Shown here: piece after piece, positions 55,161 to 64,000 of the stretch | Numbering within the stretch: position 1 is the first letter of the stretch | Layout: each line of letters opens with the position of its first letter | Assembly (NCBI GenBank): GCA_002269645.1 | Contig: NIVC01000257.1 | Location: forward strand, 310,001 to 374,000 | DNA length: 64,000 nt | Direction: 5' to 3' | DNA from: Macrostomum lignano | Lineage: Eukaryota | The notes under the pieces: model-generated | Seen by the model: the letters and a program-made list of their open reading frames with translations, nothing else | Databases searched by the model: none | What the model was told of the DNA's origin: nothing | Made by a program: the position numbers and the translations under genes

Positions 55161-56002
55161 AAATAGGTTCAAGATGCAGTTACAACAGGAGAAATTAATC
55201 AACTCGAATCTACTGGGCAGGTTCGCATTGCCCGCTAGCTCAAATTAGGGTTATTGCAGTTATTTATGAAATAATTCTCTAATTTACGGCTAACAATAGT
55301 AGCGCATAGATTAATGCCAGGTAAAAAGTACGGCATCGCACAGAAAACAATTATTAATAATAGTAAAGAGATTGACAGCTTACACGAGCAGGTAGAAAAC
55401 AATCGCAAAAGGCAAACAAGATCAATTGGAGATCCTTTTTGCGCTGATATCTACGGCCGAATTATCAAAATTGCTTGCACTTTTACCATCTATGTCTATG
55501 GGCTAGACCAAATCTACTGCTGCCAAATGGCAATTCCGCTTCTTAGGATAAAACCTAAATATTGCGGCTCTATAAGTCTGAATAGACCTGACTCAACTCC
55601 CTTGTTTACACGAGAATAATATTCTGAGATAAAAATTAGGCAGCTTGAACTAATGATAAATGGCTACATATACGTAAAACTTGACGTCGCATTAACTACA
55701 ACAATAAACATTCACAATGAAGCCTGCAGTTCTACAATATGTAACATAGCACCTAATATAGAATCAGTATACTAATAGAATTGAACCATAAAATAAATCC
55801 AATACAGACAGACAGACCGAATATTAGTTTAAACAGCACAGTTGATCATTTTATGCTCGTATATATGAAACGGATAGAAAGATAAGAAAATATAGAAAGA
55901 CAATTATAAAGGGTGTTAAATCATTGTATTAGTACTTCTATTAGTATTAACAAATGGCGCCAAATCTAATCAGATTGTTCTAATATCATGTACTGAATCA
56001 TT

Positions 56003-56406
56003 CATCAGGGAGGGAAGAGAGAAGGGAGGGTGAAGGGAGAAGGGCGGCTGAAGAGAACTATATCAGGGAGGGTGAAGGGAGTTATGGAGGGTGAAGGGAG
56101 TTATGGAGGGTGAAGGGAGTTATATCAGGGAGGGTGAAGGGAGTTATGGAGGGTGAAGGGAGCTATATCAGGGAGGGTGAAGAGAGTTATGGAGGGTGAA
56201 GGGAGCTATATCAGGGAGGGTGAAGGGAGCTATATCAGGGAGGGTGAAGGGAGTTATATCAGGGAGGGTGAAGAGAGTTATATCAGGGAGGGTGAAGGGA
56301 GTTATATCAGGGAGGGTGAAGGGAGCTATATCAGGGAGGGTGAAGAGAGTTATATCAGGGAGGGTGAAGGGAGTTATGGAGGGTGAAGGGAGCTATATCA
56401 GGGAGG
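56003..56406. repeat. Purine-rich minisatellite, 18/24-bp units (gggagggtgaagggagttatatca), just past the DNMBP stop
   Basis: Direct inspection. Confidence 0.92.
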
Positions 56407-56454
56407 GCAAAGGCAGATGAGAGAGGAGCACAGGGAGCCTGAGCAGTGGGATGC

Positions 56455-59400
56455 TCAGGCCTCCCTAGCAACATAGGCAGCGGGAACATAGCCGCTCAGA
56501 GCGGACGCATCAGTCTTGGTCACCAGCCACCAGTCTGAATTTCCCGACTGGTCGCAGAAGGCGCGCACTCTGACCAGCTCGTCTGGCACGACGGTGAGCT
56601 CGTTCGGATTCCGGCCGCAGAATGCGTAAATAACTCGGGCGACGGGGTCCGGCTGCTGCTGCTGAGAGGCCTGCAAGGAAATGGCGGTGCAGTTGCAGTA
56701 CGAGCTTACACATGAAGCTTTTGTAAGGGTGAACTTCAGGGGTTGTGGAGTCTAATTTAGCGAGTTACTAAGGGAGAAGCGGAGAGCCTAATGAGGGACC
56801 GAAGGAGCAGCGGAGAGCTCAGTAGGGACCTGAAGGAGGCAGCGGAGAGCTCAGTAGGGACCTGAAGGAGGCAGCGGAGAGCTCAGTAGGGACCTGAAGG
56901 AGGCAGCGGAGAGCTCAGTAGGGACCTGAAGGAGGCACTGAAGAGCTCAGTAGGGACCTGAAGGAGCAGTGGAGAGCTCAGTAGGGACCTGAAGGAGCAG
57001 TGGAGAGCTCAGTAGGGACCTGAAGGAGGTAGCGGAGAGCTCAGTAGGGACCTGAAGGAGGTAGCGGAGAGCTCAGTAGGGACCTGAAGGCGGACTCACC
57101 TCAGACGACGGCTGCCTCCGAGCCGCGGGAATCGGAGCATCGGCAGCTGCCGTCTCGGCTGTCATCGGCTCGAGCTCCGTGTTCAACAACGGGAACGGGT
57201 CCACGTACCAGATGGTGGTGGACTGAGTCTGAGGCTGCTGCTGCTGTTCAGGCTCCGCCGCGGAAGCGACCGCAGACTCCGATGTCCGAGTTGCTCCAAC
57301 GCCGCCAGCTACTCGCGGACTGAAGCCGTCGGGCGCGATTCTCAGCGCGGCCAGCCGGTCGGTGACGTCGGCCAAGTCGGCTGCGCACCTATCGGCGAAG
57401 GTGGCCTCCAGGCCGGGCAGCGGAGCGGAATTCAGCGAGTCAAGCGAGTGCCTAGTGAAGCCCTGGTGTAGGCGGGCGAACCTGGCTAGCGAGTGCTGCA
57501 GAAACGTCCCGGACAGGCGGCACAGCTGCGGCAGCTCCTCTTTGAGGCGGTCGCGCAGGGCCGCGTAGGTCCTCTCGGCGGTGCCAAGGTCCTCCCGCTC
57601 CCTGGCGGTGAGCTCGGCCTTCTTGGCCGACTGGCCGCGCAGCTTGTCGTAGTCCAGCCGCTTGCTGTTGCACTTGATAATTAGGGTAGCGGGGCCGCGG
57701 TAGCAGCCTAGCAGCTCGTTCAGCGGGGCCAGGACTTCCGAGTCCAAGTCTGCCAGACACTGCCCAGTGTAGTCCTGGAGCAGGGCCCGCTGCACTGACA
57801 GCAGCTGTCATAAGGGTAGGGGGGGTTGGGAGTCGATTGAATTGGATTTGAATACCGGAGAATTCGATTCAAATACGGGATTATCTAATTTCTCTATGGG
57901 ATTTCAACATTCTGCAGTTGGGATTTAAATATGGGATAATGCGCGCGATTTCAGTATGGGATATGGGATTTCAGTATGGGATATGGGATTTGAGTATGAG
58001 ATATGGGATTTCAGTATGGGATATGGTATTTCAGTATGGGATATGGGATTTCGGTATGGGATATGGGATTTCAGTATGAGATATGGGATTTCAATATGGG
58101 ATACTGGGATTTCAGAATGGGATATAGGATTTCAGTATGGGATATGGGATTTCGGTTTGGGATATAGGTGTAGAGCAAATAAGACTAAAAACACTAGAAC
58201 TAAATTAGATGATATATTGAATACTAAGAGGAACCAGTAAGTGGGCGCAGGGCCCAAACCAGTATATTTATATGACATTAAATTGCAGGGGGTTTTGAAT
58301 TGAAGATAATAAAGAGAGGGGTGGAGTGCGCGACTAAAGAGAGAGGTGAGAATGGAGAGCCAATCAGAAGGCAGCAAGGGAGAGAGAGATAAGAAAAACA
58401 AGATTGGGCTAGACAGAGAGAGAGAAAACAGAGTAAACAGAGACAAGTGAAGGTGAACTAAGAAATGAATAGGAAAGTCGCGACAATAGGATTTCAGTAT
58501 GGGATAATAGGATTTCAATATGGGATACTGGTACTTCAGCATGGGATAATGGGATTTCAGTATGGGATACTGGGATTTCAGCATGGGATACTGGGATTTC
58601 AGCATGGGATATAGGATTTTAGTATGGGATACTGGGATTTAAGCATGGGATAATGGGATTTCAGTATGGGATACTGGGATTTCAGTATGGGATAATGGGA
58701 TTTCAATATGGGATACTGGTACTTCAGCATGGGATAATGGGATTTCAGTATGGGATACTGGGATTTCAGCATGGGATAATGGGATTTCAGCATGGGATAT
58801 AGGATTTTAGTATGGGATACTGGGATTTAAGCATGGGATAATGGGATTTCAGTATGGGATACTGGGATTTCAGTATGGGATAATGGGATTTCAGCATGGG
58901 ATAATGGGATTTCAGTATGGGATACTGGGATTTCAGTATGGGATACTGGGATTTCAGCATGGGATAAAAGGATTTTAAAGTAATGCAAATATATAAAGTG
59001 GAATCCCAACTTACCTGATTGGCCTGCTCCAGCCCGCCGCACTCAGAGCTGAACGCCCAGAGGCTCTGCGCCAGACCCACCAGATCAGTGAGGCTGTGCC
59101 GCATCGCCGCACCCAGAGCTTCGCACCGATCCAGCAGCACTCGGACGCAGCGTTTGCACTGTTTAAAATTGGCCACGCACCGTTCCAACTCTTCGTCCTG
59201 CGTGCTCTCCGCCAGCCCCAGGCCGGCGCTGATCATCTGTGACAGTCGGCCGCTCTTCTTTGTCAGCGCGTGCGACAGCCGCCAGCCGCTCTCGCCGCTG
59301 TCGTTTTGGCCTCCGGCGCCGTCGCCGCCGCCGCCGCCTCGCCTATTACTATACAGATACCGATTGAGCAGCTCCCTGGTGCGCTGCGACTCGTTGATGT

Positions 59401-62400
59401 GGTGCACCAGACTCTTCACTAGCTGGAAAGCGGCAACCAGATTGTCCGCTTCGGCGGAGCCGGGCTCGGCAGACTGCACCAGATCGTTCAGCAGCAGCGG
59501 GTATTTGGTGACCCGCTGGACTGGCTTGATCAGCAGGGCGCTCAGGTCGAACCGGCTGTTGGGCATCAGCTTGGCCGCCTTGGCCGACATGTAGGGGCCG
59601 AACTGCGGATGGCCGGACAGGCGGGTTGCCAGCTCCAGCGACTCCCTCTGCCTGCCGCAGTAGCCGGAGTAGGCCGACTCCAGCTCAGCCTGGCGGCGCA
59701 GCAGAGCCGCACCCGGGTCAGCCGGCTGCCGCTCCCAGTCGGACAGGAGGCCGGCCGACACTGCCTCCACCTCTTCCAGGTGGGCGAACAGGGACTCGGC
59801 TGGGAAACCGGCCGGCCGGTCGGCGGCGCCAGGCTGGCGGAGGAAGGCCTCGGCCAGGGCGGTCATGTCCGAGTTGAAGGCCCGCTCGGTGGCAGTCAGC
59901 TCGTTGAACACGTGAGTCCAGCGGCGGCGGCGCTTGGCAGCCTCCTCGCTGACGGCGTCGACCGGCGTCGGCTCGAGGCCGGCCAGGATGTCGGTTAGGT
60001 AGGCCCGCTCGCCGGAGCCTCCGGCGCCGCCGTCCTTCAAGGCGACGTTGGCGGCGGCGGCGGCGGTTGCAGCAGCGGTGGCGGACGCTTCGCGGTCTTC
60101 GCCCTGCTTGTCGAGGCTGTTGATTCGGCTTCGAAGGTCGCGCACGATCTGATCCTCGGTGACTGCGACCGCAGCCGCTGCGTCGGAGCTGCCGAGCCGC
60201 GAGCGCACCAAAGAGTCGGATGGCTTCGGCGGCACCGAAGGCGCCACGCGGGACGGACTGACGGCGGGCGGCAGCGGCGGCGGCAGAGGCAACGGCGGCA
60301 TCGGCGGCGGCTGGCGAGGGAGCGGAGGCGGCGGAACGGGTGGCGGCTGCACTGGCGGAAGCGGCAACGGCGGAGGCAGGCTCGCCTGCTGAGCAGCTGA
60401 GGACTGCAGCAACAGATTCTCGGTCTGAGCCATCAGCCGCAGCGCCATGGCGGCCTTGTCGCTGTCAGGTAGAGCGCGAACTCGCTCGGCGCCGGACGCC
60501 TTGGCCAGGGACAGCTCGGCGCTGATGGCCTGGTCCAGGCTGAGCCTCTTTGCCTCCTTGGAGTCCAGGCTGCTCAAATGGAAGGCCGGCTCGCGTCTGG
60601 CGGCATCTTCTTCTTCAACCAAAGCGGAAGCAGACTCGGACAACTTGGCCAGGGGTGGCTGTGGCTCGGACATCAGCGTCCGGGCGCCGTGGTCGCAGTC
60701 AACAATGATGTCGATGTATGCGGTGGGTACCAGGCCGCGTTGAGGCCCGTAGTCGCTGTCAACCATGCAGTAGGTCCACTCGTGATCCTGATGGCCCAGC
60801 AGGTACACTATGGTGTCGGGCATGACCGTGAGTTCGCCCGTCTCCTGGGCAACGAACGGGTATTTAACCTGGCCGTAGGACTGCAGCTCCTGCTCGTAGA
60901 GAGTGGGCTGTGGCTGCGGCATTGGCGGAGAACGGAGTTAGGCGAGGGTGTTCGATCTGGTACAGAATCAAGTTGAGTACAGACTCGATCTGGTACAGAC
61001 TCAAGTTGAGTACAGACTCGATCTGGTACAGACTAAAGTTGAGTACAGACTCGATCTGGTACAGAATCAAGTCGATTACAGACTCGATCTGGTACAGAAT
61101 CAAGTTGAGTACAGACTCGATCTAGCACAGAATCAAGTCGAGTACAGAATCAAGTCGAGTACAGAATCAAGTTGAGTACAGACTCCATCTGGTACAGAAT
61201 CAAGTCGATTACAGACTCGATCTGGTACAGAATCAAGTTGAGTACAGACTCGATCTGGCACAGAATCAAGTCGAGTACAGAATCAAGTCGAGTACAGAAT
61301 CAAGTTGAGTACAGACTCCATCTGGTACAGAATCAAGTCGATTACAGACTCGATCTGGTACAGAATCAAGTTGAGTACAGACTCGATCTGGCACAGAATC
61401 AAGTCGAGTACAGAATCAAGTCGAGTACAGAATCAAGTCGAGTACAGTCTCCATGTGTTACAGAATCAAGTTGAGTAGACTCCATCTGGTACAGAATCAA
61501 GTTGAGTACAGACTCCATCTGGTACAGAATCAAGTTGAGTACAGACTCGATCTGGTACAGAATCAAGTTGAGTACAGACTCCATCTGGTACAGAATCAAG
61601 TTGAGTACAGACTCCATCTGGTACAGAATCAAGTCGATTACAGACTCGATCTGGTACAGAATCAAGTTGAGTACAGACTCGATCTGGCACAGAATCAAGT
61701 CGAGTACAGAATCAAGTTGAGTACAGAATCAAGTCGAGTACAGTCTCCATCTGGTACAGAATCAAGTCGATTACAGACTCGATCTGGTACAGAATCAAGT
61801 TGAGTACAGACTCCATCTGGTACAGAATCAAGTCGAGTACAGACTCGATCTGGTACAGAATCAAGTTGAGTACAGACTCCATCTGGTACAGAATCAAGTT
61901 GAGTACAGACTCCATCTGGTACAGAATCAAGTTGAGTACAGACTCCATCTGGTACAGAATCAAGTCGAGTACAGACTCCATCTGGTACAGAATCAATCAG
62001 GTACAAGTTCGCCGCTCACCTGAGACCCGCTCCGAGTGTAGCCACTATGCAGCTTTGAAGTCTCCTGCGCCATTGTCGCCTCCTCCGCAAAGCCTGCGCC
62101 GCCTCCGACCGCCGCCGCGCTCTCGTCAGCGTTGCTGCAATCGAATCTGTCAACCGTCTGGTCCGTCTCGTCCAAGAAGCGCACGTAGTCGGCCGGAAAC
62201 ATGCCGAACCTGTCACCGCAGTAGCCTTCAAGGAAGACTTCATCGATTCGACGAGTGACAATCAGCCTGTCGCCCTGATTGAAGCTCAGCTCGCCGCCGA
62301 TGTGAGCAGCCGCCACGGATTTGGTGGCGACGGCTTGGCGAGGCTGGTCAACACGAAGACTGCTGGATGCTTCATCAGCGCTATCCATCTCCGGCTTGAC

Positions 62401-62640
62401 CAGGTGGGTCACGTCTTTCACGTGGGTCAGCGGGAAGGCTCCGGTCGGAGGGTCAGAGCGGCCATTCCGCTGCACGGGGCACAGGCGGCGGCCCAGCCAC
62501 CAGTTGGAGTCGATGGCCTCAAGGCCGAGAATGACGTCACCGGGTGACATTGCTAAGTCTCCGGCTGCATCAGCAGGGAAGCTGTAGCCGCACCGGTACA
62601 GACGCTGGCCCGAGCCTGACGGTGGAGATGCAACAGGTAG
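56455..62640 (-). CDS. DNMBP: Dynamin-binding protein/Tuba-like RhoGEF, 5'-partial; exons 62640(or 62615)-62020, 60913-59015, 57804-57100, 56670-56455
   Basis: Three N-terminal SH3 domains (AGDLAMSPGD..NWWLG..GAFP; GGELSFNQGD..GMFPADYV; TGELTV..GLVPTAYI). DH domain (ELTATERAF..LIKPVQRVTKYPLLL..HINESQR). BAR domain (LIIKCNSKRLDYD..Y.ALRDRLKEELP). C-terminal SH3 (YAFCGRNPNELTV..GNSDWWL..GYVPAAYV). Internal junctions are phase 0. Upstream exon(s) lie beyond the window. Confidence 0.88.
56810..57090. repeat. Minisatellite, ~29-32 bp unit (ctcagtagggacctgaaggaggcagcggagag), last DNMBP intron
   Basis: Direct inspection. Confidence 0.93.
57935..58972. repeat. Two arrays (57935-58165 and 58488-58972) of a ~14-21 bp atgggat...gggatttcagt motif, DNMBP intron
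   Basis: Direct inspection. Confidence 0.9.
60950..61995. repeat. Minisatellite, 33-bp unit (ctcgatctggtacagaatcaagttgagtacaga) with 18-bp sub-units, DNMBP intron
   Basis: Direct inspection. Confidence 0.96.
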
Positions 62641-62674
62641 CTGACATCTGACAGTCTGACAGCCTGCGCACTGC

Positions 62675-64000
62675 ACCCCTGACACTGTCCCCAACCCGAC
62701 AGCCTACACCTGACACTGTCCCCAACCCGACAGCCTACACCTGACACTGTCCCCAACCCGACAGCCTACCCCTGACACTGTCCCCAACCCGACAGCCTAC
62801 CCCTGACACTGTCCCCAACCCGACAGCCTACCCCTGACACTGTCCCCAACCCGACAGCCTACCCCTGACACTGTCCCCAACCCGACAGCCTACCCCTGAC
62901 ACTGTCCCCAACCCGACAGCCTACCCCTGACACTGTCCCCAACCCGACAGCCTACACCTGACACTGTCCTCAACCTGACAGCCTACACCTGACACTGTCC
63001 CCAACCCGACAGCCTACACCTGACACTGTCCCCAACCCGACAGCCTACCCCTGACACTGTCCCCAACCCGACAGCCTACACCTGACACTGTCCCCAACCC
63101 GACAGCCTACACCTGACACTGTCCCCAACCCGACAGCCTACACCTCTGACACCGTCCCCAACCCGACAGCCTACACCTGACACTGTCCCCAACCTGACAG
63201 CCTACACCTGACAAGCTGTCCCCAACCCGACAGCCAACACCTGACACTGTCCCCAACCCGACAGCCAACACCTGACACTGTCCCTAACCTGACAGCCTAC
63301 ACCTGACACTGTCCCCAACCCGACAGCCTACCCCTGACACTGTCCCCAACCCGACAGCCTACCCCTGACACTGTCCCCAACCCGACAGCCTACACCTGAC
63401 ACTGTCCCCAACCCGACAGCCTACCCCTGACACTGTCCTCAACCTGACAGCCTACACCTGACACTGTCCCCAACCCGACAGCCTACACCTGACACTGTCC
63501 CCAACCTGACAGCCTACACCTGACAAGCTGTCCCCAACCCGACAGCCAACACCTGACACTGTCCCCAACCCGACAGCCAACACCTGACACTGTCCCTAAC
63601 CTGACAGCCTACACCTGACACTGTCCCCAACCCGACAGCCTACACCTGACACTGTCCCCAACCCGACAGCCTACACCTGACACTGTCCCCAACCTGACAG
63701 CCTACACCTGAGACTGTCCCCAACCCGACAGCCTACACCTGACACTGTCCCCAACCCGACAGCCTACACCTGACACTGTCCCCAACCCGACAGCCTACAC
63801 CTGACACTGTCCCCAACCTGACAGCCTACACCTGAGACTGTCCCCAACCCGACAGCCTACACCTGACACTGTCCCCAACCCGACAGCCTACACCTGACAC
63901 TGTCCCCAACCTGACAGCCTACACTTGACACTATCCCCAACCTGACAGCCAACACCTGACACTGTCCCCAACCTGACAGCCTACACCTGACAAGCTGTCC
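62675..64000. repeat. Minisatellite, 31-bp unit (cacctgacactgtccccaacccgacagccta), running off the window
   Basis: Direct inspection. Confidence 0.97.

Overview
Eukaryotic genomic window: intron-containing genes with GC-rich exons, introns packed with minisatellites, and TTAGGG-type repeats. The style suggests a free-living flatworm such as Macrostomum; this is an inference, not a database result. I assembled exon-level models with frame-consistent GT-AG junctions for NEK4 (-), ITPA (+), SDR39U1 (+), an MXRA7-like gene (+), a bestrophin (+), DENR (-), the 3' part of DNMBP/Tuba (-) and a small orphan single-TM gene (-). There is also an intronless, divergent alpha-tubulin (-). Mobile DNA: (1) a full-length but inactivated APE-RT-RNaseH LINE with a 13-bp TSD and (TAAG)n tail; (2) a solo LTR with a 4-bp TSD inside that LINE's endonuclease domain; (3) a decayed BEL/Pao element; (4) two copies of a tRNA/CORE-SINE and two further tRNA-derived heads; (5) a MITE-like element; (6) about 25 distinct tandem arrays. 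Three observations stand out. First, the solo LTR ends in tandem 63-bp cassettes, each with a tRNA-Leu primer-binding site folded into a hairpin and its own CA end. Second, SDR39U1 has no genomic ATG, only a phase-0 splice acceptor, which fits a start codon supplied by a flatworm spliced leader. Third, in two neighbouring genes the same spliced-leader AUG would form a tiny uORF whose stop overlaps the main start (AUGA). No prokaryotic features or CRISPR arrays are supported.
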